From assembly GCA_044869275.1 (NCBI GenBank), contig JBIOXB010000157.1, forward strand, positions 1-27,592: DNA of 27,592 nt. The letters run 5' to 3'. The notes under the pieces are model-generated. The model searched no databases, was not told the origin of the DNA, and saw only the letters and a list, made by a program, of their open reading frames with translations. Positions 1-8,459 of this stretch are shown here, one piece after another (the first letter of the stretch is position 1; every line of letters starts with the position of its first letter). The stretch is from a bacterium. GTDB lineage: Bacteria > Zhuqueibacterota > Zhuqueibacteria > Zhuqueibacterales > Zhuqueibacteraceae. Both the position numbers and the translations under genes were made by a program.

Positions 1-164
1 AAAAGTAACAGAATGGGAAGCAGATGAAGAGGAATCACATGACCGGCAAGACGAAATGAAGCCAGAAACGAAATTTCCGCCTGCTCCATTGTGAACTATT
101 TGAGCAGAGAAAAGTTTTTTTGTTCACCATGGCATCTTCCTGATTCTCCTTCCGGACTTTCGAA

Positions 165-193
165 TTGACAATCATTCCTTTTTTGGCTACTTT
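165..193 (+). promoter_or_regulatory. sigma70-type promoter for the LPS operon
   Basis: TTGACA (165-170), 17-nt spacer, TACTTT (188-193), 35 nt upstream of the ATG at 229. Confidence 0.7.
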
Positions 194-228
194 ATCTACC
201 TTAATTTTTGTAGAGTCTTTTGTTCACC

Positions 229-1161
229 ATGCGAAAGCTCAAACACGTTTTGGAATATGGCGGCTTGTGGCTGTTGATTCAGGCAGTGGCGGTTTTGCCG
301 TTGCACGTGATGCTCGCGCTCGGTGCGGGGTTGGGAAGGTTCACGTTCGGCGTTTTGCGCATCCGCCGTAGCGTTACGCTGGATAATTTGCGCCAGGCTT
401 TTCCCGAAAAATCCGAGGCAGAGATTTTGGCGATTGCCCGGCGCAATTATGAAAATTTCGGCATGATGATGCTGGAGTATCTGCGCCTGCCCAAAATATC
501 GGAATCAGAGCTGGCTGAGGCTGTGGCCTTTCGTGGCGCCGAGCACGCCGCGACCTGGGAGCAAGCTATGCGAGATGGGAAGGGGGCGGTGTGCATGACC
601 GGCCATTTTGGCAATTGGGAATACATGGGAGCGATGGTGGCGCGACGTTTCCCGATGGCGTTTCTTTATCAGCCGCAGAACAACCCTTATGTCGATGCCT
701 TGATCCGTCGCACGCGCGAAAAGGCAAGCATGCACAGCATCCCGCGGAATTCCTTGCGCGACATCTTAAAAGCGCTGCGGCAAAAAAAATTCGTCGCGAT
801 TCTCGCGGACCAGGACGCGGGCCGCAGCGGCGTCTTTGTCAATTTTATGGGCCGGCCCTCTGCTACGGCGCAGGGCCCGGCGGCATTCGTGCTCAAAACC
901 GGCGCGCCGATTTTGTTCGTGGCCAGTTTGCGCCAGCCCGGTGGCCGGCATCTGGTGGAAAGCGAAGCATTGTATTTTGATGATTTGCCGGCGCATTGGA
1001 GCGAAGATGAAAAGCTGCGGCACATTACGCAGCGCTGGAGTGAGGTGTTGGAGAAACAAGTGCGGCGCCATCCCGATCACTGGTTTTGGATGCACCGTCG
1101 CTGGAAAACGACGCCCCAGGAGGCGTTCGTAGTAGCCCCTTCAGGGGCGCACGGCGTGTAG
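229..1161 (+). CDS. lpxL: Lipid A late acyltransferase (LpxL/HtrB family)
   Basis: N-terminal hydrophobic segment, H-x4-E motif GHFGNWE, LADQD, FMGRP, C-terminal PDHWFWMHRRWKT. ATG at 229 preferred to TTG at 220. Confidence 0.88.
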   Translation: MRKLKHVLEYGGLWLLIQAVAVLPLHVMLALGAGLGRFTFGVLRIRRSVTLDNLRQAFPEKSEAEILAIARRNYENFGMMMLEYLRLPKISESELAEAVAFRGAEHAATWEQAMRDGKGAVCMTGHFGNWEYMGAMVARRFPMAFLYQPQNNPYVDALIRRTREKASMHSIPRNSLRDILKALRQKKFVAILADQDAGRSGVFVNFMGRPSATAQGPAAFVLKTGAPILFVASLRQPGGRHLVESEALYFDDLPAHWSEDEKLRHITQRWSEVLEKQVRRHPDHWFWMHRRWKTTPQEAFVVAPSGAHGV

Positions 1162-1175
1162 GTTGTAGGTGTACG

Positions 1176-2201
1176 ATGCCGGCGTCGCACAAAAAAATTC
1201 TGGTTGTGCAAACCGCTTTCATTGGGGATGTGATTTTGGCCACGCCCCTGGCCGAAGCCGCGCATCATTTGCTGGCTCCCTGCGAGGTGCATTTTATGGC
1301 GATTCCGGCCGCGGCGAATGTGCTGGAGAAAAATCCGCACATTCAGCGGGTGTGGATATACGACAAGCGCGCCCGGCAAAAAGGCGCGCGCGCGTGGTGG
1401 CAGCTCGCGCAGGCATTGCGCCAAGAGAAATTCGAGCTTGCCGTTGTGCCCCATCGCTCTTTGCGCAGCGCCGCGCTGGTGTGGCTGGCCAGAATTCCGC
1501 AGCGCCTCGGTTTCGATCGCAGCGCCGGCGCTTTTCTGCTTACGGCGCGCATCCCGTACGCCGAAAAGCATGAAGTCGACCGCAATTTGGATTTGCTGCG
1601 GCCCTTCGGCGAAATTCCCGGTTCTCTCAAGCCTGCGGTTTACTGGGATGAAAATGACGCGGCCCAGCTCGAACCATTTGTCAGGCACGTCTCACCGCGG
1701 CGCCGAAGAATGGCGCTGGCACCCGGCTCGGTGTGGGCCACCAAACGTTGGGATGAAGATCGTTTTGCCGAGCTCGCCCGCCGTTTGACCGCCGAAAGCG
1801 AGGCGGAGGTATTTTTGATCGGTGGGCGCGAAGATGCGGCCTTGTGCCAGGAGATTCAGGAGCGCGTGGGTGCGCATTGCCAGAACACGGCGGGCAAGCT
1901 GACGCTGCGCCAATCCGCGGCGCTGCTGGATCGCTGCGAGCTGCTGATCAGCAACGATAGCGCGCCCACGCATCTGGGCGCTGCCACCCAATGCCGCGTG
2001 TTTACGATCTTCGGACCGACGGTGCCGCGCTTCGGTTTTGCACCGTATGGCCAGGGCCATGAAGTGATCGAGAAAGATCTGACGTGCCGGCCCTGCAGTG
2101 TGCATGGTTCGCAAAAATGCCCGCTGCGCACGCACGCATGCATGAAAGAGATTGGTGTGGATGAAGTCCTGAGGCGCGTGAGCAAAGCGAGGAACCCGTG
2201 A
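1176..2201 (+). CDS. waaF: LPS heptosyltransferase II-like glycosyltransferase (GT9)
   Basis: ILVVQTAFIGDVILATP, HRSLRSA, LAPGSVWATKRW, ISNDSAPTHLG, IFGPT, C-terminal CRPC..HG...CP...HACM. Start set at ATG 1176. Confidence 0.85.
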   Translation: MPASHKKILVVQTAFIGDVILATPLAEAAHHLLAPCEVHFMAIPAAANVLEKNPHIQRVWIYDKRARQKGARAWWQLAQALRQEKFELAVVPHRSLRSAALVWLARIPQRLGFDRSAGAFLLTARIPYAEKHEVDRNLDLLRPFGEIPGSLKPAVYWDENDAAQLEPFVRHVSPRRRRMALAPGSVWATKRWDEDRFAELARRLTAESEAEVFLIGGREDAALCQEIQERVGAHCQNTAGKLTLRQSAALLDRCELLISNDSAPTHLGAATQCRVFTIFGPTVPRFGFAPYGQGHEVIEKDLTCRPCSVHGSQKCPLRTHACMKEIGVDEVLRRVSKARNP

Positions 2202-2704
2202 TCAGCGATCATAAATTTCATGTGCTTTTTGTATGTAGCGGCAATAGCTGCCGCAGCCCCATGGCCGAGGCTTTGTTGCGCGCCAAGCTCCCGGAACACT
2301 TGCATAGCCGCGTCGTGGTGGAATCCGCCGGCACGCTCGGCATTGATGGCATGCCGGCCACGAATTATGCGATCCGCGTCGTTGAAGAGCTCGGGGGGCG
2401 GCTGTCGGGACATCGCTCCCAAGGCGTGAGCGCGGAACTGGTCGAAAACGCCGATGTGATTTTGGGGATGACGGAAGAGCACGTCGATTTCTTGCGCCGG
2501 CATCATCCCGCGCGCCGCGAAAACGTCTATTTGATGAAACAATTCGCCAATCCGGAGCCGCCCGAAGATCCTGAAATCGACGATCCCATTGGCGCGAATT
2601 TGGCGGTTTACCGCGCTTGCGCGCAAACGATCGCGGACGAGCTCGATCGCATCCTGCCGGCGCTGGTGCAGATGATTGAAAACCAGGCGCTCACGCCTTC
2701 ATGA
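2198..2704 (+). CDS. Low-molecular-weight protein phosphatase (LMW-PTP/YwlE fold)
   Basis: P-loop VLFVCSGNSCRSPMAE, SAGT, HRSQ, general-acid motif IDDPIG. GTG start overlaps the waaF stop (GTGA). Confidence 0.88.
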   Translation: MISDHKFHVLFVCSGNSCRSPMAEALLRAKLPEHLHSRVVVESAGTLGIDGMPATNYAIRVVEELGGRLSGHRSQGVSAELVENADVILGMTEEHVDFLRRHHPARRENVYLMKQFANPEPPEDPEIDDPIGANLAVYRACAQTIADELDRILPALVQMIENQALTPS

Positions 2705-3708
2705 GCCCGCGGCGGTTTTTGCTGTCGCGTACGGATCGTTTGGGAGATTTGATTCTCTCCACTCCGGTCGCGACGGCGCTGAAGCAGGCTTTTCCCGGCG
2801 CTGAAGTGTTCTTCCTGGCGCGGCCGTATGCTGCCGAGATTTTGCGCATCCACCCGCACGTGGACGGTGTGCTGGACTTCGAGGCGGAGGGCTCTGTCCC
2901 AGACCTGGTGAAGCGGTTGCGCGCCCACCGCTTCGATGCCGTGCTGGCTTTGTTCCCGCGCCCGCAGCTCGCCTGGGCGTTTTATCGCGCCGGCATTCCG
3001 ATGCGGCTGGGCACGGGCTATCGCTGGTTCAGCATGTTGTTCACGCATCGTATCCATGAGCATCGCAAAGATGCGCGCCGGCACGAGGCGGAGTACAATC
3101 TGCAACTGCTCCGGCCCTTGGGCCTCACCGCAGCGCACGTGGAGTTTCATTATCGATTTTCACCGCAGGACGAAGCGCAAATCCGAACCCGGCTGGCGGA
3201 ACTGGAGATCGCGGAAAAAATTGTGGTGTTGCATCCCGGCAGCGGCGGCTCGGCGCGCGACTGGCCGCCGGCGTCTTTCGCCGCCCTGGCTGGTTATCTC
3301 TGCCAGGAACGCAATCTGCAAGTCGTTCTGACCGGCAATGCGAGTGAAATGCCTCTGCTGCAGCTCATCCGGCGGCAGGCGCAGCAGAAACCAATCGATC
3401 TCTCGGGCCGCCTCACGCTTACGGAATTGGCCGGATTGCTGCGCCGGGCAGCGTTGTTTGTAAGCAACAGCACGGGACCGCTGCATCTTGCCGTGATGAT
3501 GGGAACGCCGGTTATGGCGTTTTATCCACCCATCACGGCCTGCCGCCCGGAGCGCTGGGGACCGTATGGCCATCGTAGCGATGTTTTGATGTCACGAGTG
3601 GAGGAGTGTTTTCGCTGCCGCAAATCGTCCGAACGTGTGTGCCAATGCATGTTTGATATTTCCGTGGCGGCGGCAATTCAGAAAGTGGAAGAAAAGTTGG
3701 CAGGCTAA
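2701..3708 (+). CDS. GT9 family glycosyltransferase (heptosyltransferase-like)
   Basis: RTDRLGDLILSTP, RRHEAEYNL, LHPGSGGSARDWP, FVSNSTGPLHLA, RWGPYG. ATGA overlap with the upstream gene. Confidence 0.88.
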   Translation: MSPRRFLLSRTDRLGDLILSTPVATALKQAFPGAEVFFLARPYAAEILRIHPHVDGVLDFEAEGSVPDLVKRLRAHRFDAVLALFPRPQLAWAFYRAGIPMRLGTGYRWFSMLFTHRIHEHRKDARRHEAEYNLQLLRPLGLTAAHVEFHYRFSPQDEAQIRTRLAELEIAEKIVVLHPGSGGSARDWPPASFAALAGYLCQERNLQVVLTGNASEMPLLQLIRRQAQQKPIDLSGRLTLTELAGLLRRAALFVSNSTGPLHLAVMMGTPVMAFYPPITACRPERWGPYGHRSDVLMSRVEECFRCRKSSERVCQCMFDISVAAAIQKVEEKLAG

Positions 3709-3730
3709 GGAGTTTTTCAGCAACCTGCCA
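3698..3730. repeat. Short inverted repeat, possible IS/MITE-end remnant
   Basis: TGGCAGG (3698-3704) and CCTGCCA (3724-3730) arms; right part reads GAGTTTTTCAGCAACCTGCCA. Confidence 0.3.
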
Positions 3731-3771
3731 GGCATCTCCGTGAGGAATTTCAACCGGATTCTTTTGTTTTT

Positions 3772-4680
3772 ATGCGTAGAGCTTTTTCGGTGATCAGGAT
3801 CGTCGCTGCCTGGCATGCCTCCTGGATGTGGCCTGCCGGCTCTTTGTCATACGGCCAGGAAAGCATCAGAGAGCATGCGGCCCGCGCTGCCGGCGAGGGG
3901 CATGCATTCGTGGCACTCCAGGCCGACAGCGCTGATACCGCGCAGAACCACGAGGCCTTTAAATTTCGCGAAGTGGAAAACCGCGCCTTTCGCGTGGGCG
4001 AGCGCTTGGAGTATAACATTCGTTACGGCGCGCTGGTGGCCGGCAAAGCGCGTTTGTCGATCCCGGAAACGGTGGATATCAACGGCCGCTCATGTTATCA
4101 TTTTCTCTCCGAAGCATGGACGAATTCGCTCTTTTCGAGGTTCTATCGCGTCGAAGATCGGGTCCGTTCATTTACCGACGTCGCCGGCATTTTTAGCTGG
4201 CGCATGGAAAAGCAGCAGCACGAAGGCGGCTTTCGTGACGAGCGCGCGGTGGAATTCGATCATCTCGGCGGCATTGCGATTACGACCAAAAAAGACAAGC
4301 GTGACACCACCAAGATTCCACCCTTCGTATTGGACGTGCTCTCTGCGGTGTATTTTGTGCGCACGCAAAATCTCGCGCCGGGCGACTCGGTGCTGTTCAA
4401 CAATTACGATAATGGCAAGATCTATCCGCTCAAGATCATCGTGCATCGCAAAGAAAAAATCAAGACGCCGGCGGGAAAATTCGAATGCTTGGTCGTGGAG
4501 CCGTTCTTGCAAACGCCGGCTTTCTTTCAGCAAAGGGGGCGCGTGATCGTCCATATGACCGCGGACGCGCGTCGAATTCCGGTGCTCATCACCAGCCAGC
4601 TCTACCTCAAGGGATTCGATCTGGGCATGATCGTCGCGGAATTGGAAAGGATGGACGGCGTGCTGACGACGGGGAAGTGA
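3772..4680 (+). CDS. DUF3108-like exported protein
   Basis: FRVGERLEYNIRYG...AGKARL, YRVEDRVRS, DVLSAVYFVR, KIKTPAGKFEC, RRIPV pattern typical of DUF3108. Start uncertain. Confidence 0.75.
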   Translation: MRRAFSVIRIVAAWHASWMWPAGSLSYGQESIREHAARAAGEGHAFVALQADSADTAQNHEAFKFREVENRAFRVGERLEYNIRYGALVAGKARLSIPETVDINGRSCYHFLSEAWTNSLFSRFYRVEDRVRSFTDVAGIFSWRMEKQQHEGGFRDERAVEFDHLGGIAITTKKDKRDTTKIPPFVLDVLSAVYFVRTQNLAPGDSVLFNNYDNGKIYPLKIIVHRKEKIKTPAGKFECLVVEPFLQTPAFFQQRGRVIVHMTADARRIPVLITSQLYLKGFDLGMIVAELERMDGVLTTGK

Positions 4681-4696
4681 CATTATTCCCTTGGAA

Positions 4697-4720
4697 GTGA
4701 AATCTGTGCTTTTTGAGCAA
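4697..4720 (+). repeat. Dispersed 24-bp repeat, copy 1
   Basis: GTGAAATCTGTGCTTTTTGAGCAA matches the reverse complement of 22357-22380 at 23/24 positions. Confidence 0.8.
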
Positions 4721-4746
4721 GAAATCCAAATGATGTGAGGGTCTGC

Positions 4747-5829
4747 ATGTCGCTGCAATATCTATATGACAAAGCCGCCGCGGGCGAGCGTTTGTCGGCC
4801 ACGGAAGGCTTACAACTTTTGCACGAAGGCGAATTGTTGGAATTGGGCGCAGCCGCGGACGCTGTGCGTCGCGCGAAGAATCCCAAACCCATGGTCACTT
4901 TCGTGATCGACACCAATCCCAACTACACCAATGTCTGCAACATCGATTGCATTTTTTGCGCATTTTATCGCCATGAGGGTGAGGCCGAGGCTTACACCTA
5001 CTCTGTTGACGAGATGATCGCGAAGTTCAAGCAATTTGCCGAGATGGGTGTGACCACGGTGCTGCTGCAGGGCGGGGTCAACCCCAAGCTGCCGTTCGAA
5101 TATTATCTCGACATGATCCGGCGCACGCGCGCGGAAGTGCCCGAAATCCATCCGCACTTTTTTTCCACGTCGGAGATTCGCGGCATGGCGGAAGTCTCGG
5201 GTTTGTCCGTGCGGGAGGTCTTGCAGCAATTGCAACTGGCCGGCCTCAACACCATTCCCGGCGGCGGCGCGGAGATTCTCACCGATCGTGTGAAGAAGAA
5301 GATCAGCCACAAAAAGGGCAGTTCCGCAGACTGGCTGGAGGTGATGCGGGAGGCGCACCGGCTCGGCTACAAAACCACGGCGACGATGATGTATGGCCAC
5401 CTGGACACGGATGAAGACATCATCGCTCATCTCGACAGCATCCGCCAGGTGCAGGATGAAACCGGCGGCTTCACCGCTTTCATTCCGTGGAGCTTCAAGC
5501 CCGGCAACACCCCGCTGGAGAAAATCATTCCGACTTACGCCACGCCCACGCGTTATTTGCAGATGATTGCGCTGGCGCGGCTGTATCTCGACAACTTTCC
5601 GCACATTCAAGCCTCGTGGTTTTCGGAGGGCAAGAAGATCGGGCAGGTGGCGCTGCATTTTGGCGCGGACGACTTCGGCGGCACGTTGATTGAAGAGAAT
5701 GTGCACGCCGCGGCCAACTTTGTCAACAAAACCTCCACGGAAGAAGTGGTGGCATTGATTCGCGAATCCGGCTTTGTCCCGGCGCAGCGCACGACGTTAT
5801 ATGAGATTCTGAAAGTATATGAAGCGTGA
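4747..5829 (+). CDS. mqnC: Cyclic dehypoxanthinyl futalosine synthase (radical SAM)
   Basis: NPNYTNVCNIDCIFCAFYR (CxxxCxxC), LLQGG, IPGGGAEIL, TTATMMYGH, FIPWSF, HIQASW, FGADDFGGTLIEENV. mqnD is nearby. Confidence 0.9.
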   Translation: MSLQYLYDKAAAGERLSATEGLQLLHEGELLELGAAADAVRRAKNPKPMVTFVIDTNPNYTNVCNIDCIFCAFYRHEGEAEAYTYSVDEMIAKFKQFAEMGVTTVLLQGGVNPKLPFEYYLDMIRRTRAEVPEIHPHFFSTSEIRGMAEVSGLSVREVLQQLQLAGLNTIPGGGAEILTDRVKKKISHKKGSSADWLEVMREAHRLGYKTTATMMYGHLDTDEDIIAHLDSIRQVQDETGGFTAFIPWSFKPGNTPLEKIIPTYATPTRYLQMIALARLYLDNFPHIQASWFSEGKKIGQVALHFGADDFGGTLIEENVHAAANFVNKTSTEEVVALIRESGFVPAQRTTLYEILKVYEA

Positions 5830-5919
5830 AGCTTCGCTTTGTTCTTTGAATTCTTGCATGACGGAGCAAACCCACAGGAGGAAGTTATTTTTCGTCACGT
5901 TGTCTCGGAGGGATGGAAT

Positions 5920-7230
5920 ATGCGGCAACTTTTCCGCCGCACCGCGATAGCCGGCCGCATCATTTTGCTGCTCGTGAGCGCGGCGCTGTATTTCTTCAAT
6001 AGAGAAGCGGGATTCTTGCCGGAGCAGAATTCCGCGGAAATGGCCGCGGCAGACTCTGTTGTGGCGGTGCAGAGAATGGATTTTTTGGTTGTGAATCATA
6101 CCATTGCCCGCGGCCAAACGTTGGGAGAAATTCTCTCGAACAGCCTGGTGCAGCCGGGAGATGTTTTGCCGGCCCTGGAAGCACTGCGCCGCGTCTTTGA
6201 TCCGCGCCGCCTCAAGCCCGGCCACGAGCTGCAAGTGCTGGTCGATTCCGCCGGCGCGCTGCATGAGCTGACCTACGAAGCCTCGCCGGAAGTTTTGGTG
6301 CGCGTGCAGCGCGAAAACTCCGGCGATTTCCACAGCCGGTTCGATTCGCTGCGAGTCGTGCGCGAGGCTTACGCCGTTTCGGGTGAGCTGCACAGCACCC
6401 TGTATGAAGCCGTGCTGGCCGCGCACGAATCGCCGGAGTTGCTCATGGCGTACACCGACATTTTTCAATGGGATCTCGATTTCTTTCTCGATCCCAGGCG
6501 CGGCGATCGTTTTCGCATGGTGTTCGAAAAGCTGTTCATCGAGAAGGAAAACGGCGAGCGCGAATTCGTGCGTTACGGACGCATTCTGGCCGCGACCTAC
6601 GAGCAGGCCGACACCACTTATTTTGCCTGCTTCTTCGAAGACAGCACGGGCCGCAGCGGTTATTTCGACCGCAACGGCGGCTCCTTTCAAAAAACGTTTC
6701 TCAAATCGCCGCTGAATTACCGCCGCATCTCGTCGTTCTTTTCCTACGGCCGCCGGCATCCGATTCTCAAAAAGGTGCGCGCCCACACTGGCGTCGATTT
6801 TGCCGCGCCGCACGGCACGCCGGTCACGGCTACCGCCGACGGCGTGGTGAAGGAAACCGGCTGGAACGGCGGCTACGGCAACTGTGTTATCGTCGCGCAC
6901 AAAAACCAATTCACGACATTGTACGGCCATCTCTCGCGCTATGCCGGCAATTTGGAAGTGGGCAAGGAAGTGAAGCAGGGGGAATTGGTGGGATATGTTG
7001 GCGCCACCGGCCTGGCCACCGGCCCGCATTTGCACTATACCATGTACCTCAATGGCAGGCCGATCGATCCCCTGCGTTTGCGTCCGGCTTCGGCGGACCC
7101 TCTGCCCCAGGAATCTCTGGCCATTTATACGGCGCATCGCGACGAGATGCAGCGTCTCCTGCAACGCATTCCGCCGCTGCTCGCCGCGCTGCCGCTGCGG
7201 GCCTGGGAGAAGCCGGAAGCGTCCGATTAA
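5920..7230 (+). CDS. M23 family peptidoglycan DD-endopeptidase (MepM/Csd3-like)
   Basis: N-terminal TM, LysM/OapA-like TIARGQTLGEIL, FQWDLDF, zinc motifs HTGVD, YGHLS and TGPHLHY. ATG at 5920 has upstream GGAGGG. Confidence 0.9.
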   Translation: MRQLFRRTAIAGRIILLLVSAALYFFNREAGFLPEQNSAEMAAADSVVAVQRMDFLVVNHTIARGQTLGEILSNSLVQPGDVLPALEALRRVFDPRRLKPGHELQVLVDSAGALHELTYEASPEVLVRVQRENSGDFHSRFDSLRVVREAYAVSGELHSTLYEAVLAAHESPELLMAYTDIFQWDLDFFLDPRRGDRFRMVFEKLFIEKENGEREFVRYGRILAATYEQADTTYFACFFEDSTGRSGYFDRNGGSFQKTFLKSPLNYRRISSFFSYGRRHPILKKVRAHTGVDFAAPHGTPVTATADGVVKETGWNGGYGNCVIVAHKNQFTTLYGHLSRYAGNLEVGKEVKQGELVGYVGATGLATGPHLHYTMYLNGRPIDPLRLRPASADPLPQESLAIYTAHRDEMQRLLQRIPPLLAALPLRAWEKPEASD

Positions 7231-7263
7231 TCCATCTTGGAATTGCCCAGTTGGCACTTGACC

Positions 7264-8100
7264 TCAATACAGCCTGATCTCCGGCTTCGCCGGCAGCAGT
7301 TTTCTTTCCAGAGCTTTTTCGAAAAGCAAATGGAGCGCCGCTTCTCCGCGTTCACCCATGTCGATGGTCACGGCATTGACGTACATCTTCACGAATTTCG
7401 CCCCGAGCTGCGCGTCGATGCCACGGCCGAATTGCAGCGCGTACGGAATCGACTCGTCTTGGTGTGCGTAGCCATAGGTGATGCTGTCACGCAAGCCTTG
7501 TGACAAGCGGCGCGCCAGTTCTTCTCCCAGATCCTTCCGCACCACGTCCAACCCCAGCGGCAGCGGCAGGCCTTTCGTATCATCCCGCCACAGCTCGCCG
7601 AAATCGAGCAATTTGTTCAAGCCATATTCTTGAAAGTTGATTTGTCCCTCGTGAATCAAGAGGCCGGCATCGACTTGGTCCTGCAGCACGGCAGCGATGA
7701 TCTGATCGAAGGGCATGTCGACATTTTGCACGTGATCTACATAAATCTTGAGCAAGAGATTCGCCGTGGTCCATTTTCCCGGGGTGCCAATGGTCTTGCC
7801 CGCGAGTTCCTTTATGCTCGTATGTTTTTTCGAAACGATGATCGGACCATAACCTTCGCCCATGCTCGCACCGGTGCGCATGATCCAATAATTCTCAGCG
7901 ACGTAGGGAAAGGCATGCGCAGAGATGGCAGTCACTTCCAATTCAGCGTGCAAAGCGCGTTCGTTGAGCGTCTGAATATCGGCCATGACGTGTGCAATCG
8001 CCACCCCCGGAATTTTGATTCTTTCCGCGGCAAGGCCGTAAAACATAAAGGCATCATCGGGATCCGGGCTATGGCCAACACGAATAAGACGATCTGGCAC
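7264..8100 (-). CDS. mqnD: 1,4-dihydroxy-6-naphthoate synthase (MqnA/MqnD family, MqnD-type)
   Basis: VGHSPDPDDAFMFYGL, DIQTLN, SMGEGYGP, PGKWTTA, GLLIHEGQ, LPLPLG, FVKMYVN. GTG start with AAGGAG RBS. Confidence 0.88.
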   Translation of the reverse strand: MPDRLIRVGHSPDPDDAFMFYGLAAERIKIPGVAIAHVMADIQTLNERALHAELEVTAISAHAFPYVAENYWIMRTGASMGEGYGPIIVSKKHTSIKELAGKTIGTPGKWTTANLLLKIYVDHVQNVDMPFDQIIAAVLQDQVDAGLLIHEGQINFQEYGLNKLLDFGELWRDDTKGLPLPLGLDVVRKDLGEELARRLSQGLRDSITYGYAHQDESIPYALQFGRGIDAQLGAKFVKMYVNAVTIDMGERGEAALHLLFEKALERKLLPAKPEIRLY

Positions 8101-8348
8101 TGTTGGGTCTCCTTGGTTTATGACAGTATCAATATGCAGTAATATAAGTATTGTTGCGGATCACATTTGCCACAACTGTGTGACAATTTGCGTTGAGAAT
8201 ACCACCGGCTGATTTTGTCAAGGAAATGAACATCTGCCTCAGGTTGAAACATTTTTTGAGAAAGACCGGCAGAGAATTGTGGCGATTTCTCTCGTGATAA
8301 CTATCTGACAAATGAAGAGTTGTTGCCTGTGCTTGTCATGCGCCGTTT

Positions 8349-8365
8349 CTGGCATCAGATTTGTA
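8349..8365 (+). promoter_or_regulatory. Putative sigma54 (-24/-12) promoter
   Basis: CTGGCATCAGATTTGTA = GG-N10-GT, one mismatch to GG-N10-GC, about 95 nt upstream of the regulator ATG. TGTGRCRAWT-like motifs at 8164-8189 and 8278-8288. Confidence 0.4.
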
Positions 8366-8459
8366 AAAGTTACAAGGGGCTTACTTCGCACACCTCTGTT
8401 TCAAACAGCTCGAATAAACGGGAACATTGCACTTCATCTTGTTTGAAAAGTCCTGCAGC

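Noticed and set aside
1..130. Possible start of a divergent minus-strand gene (ATG 89: MEQAEISFLASFRLAGHVIPLHLLPILLL..., or a 31-aa ORF from ATG 130)
   Set aside because: Truncated by the window edge, and the AGGAG at 146-150 is poorly spaced from either ATG, so it cannot be supported.
2198..2704. Arsenate reductase ArsC assignment suggested by CxGNSCRS
   Set aside because: The resolving cysteine pair is absent and there are no ars genes nearby.
5797..7257. 486-aa minus-strand ORF
   Set aside because: Antisense shadow of the M23 peptidase with no motifs; expected from GC-rich codon bias.
8196..8221. Minus-strand TTGACA...TATTCT as the mqnD promoter
   Set aside because: The spacer is only 14 nt, outside the normal 16-18 range.
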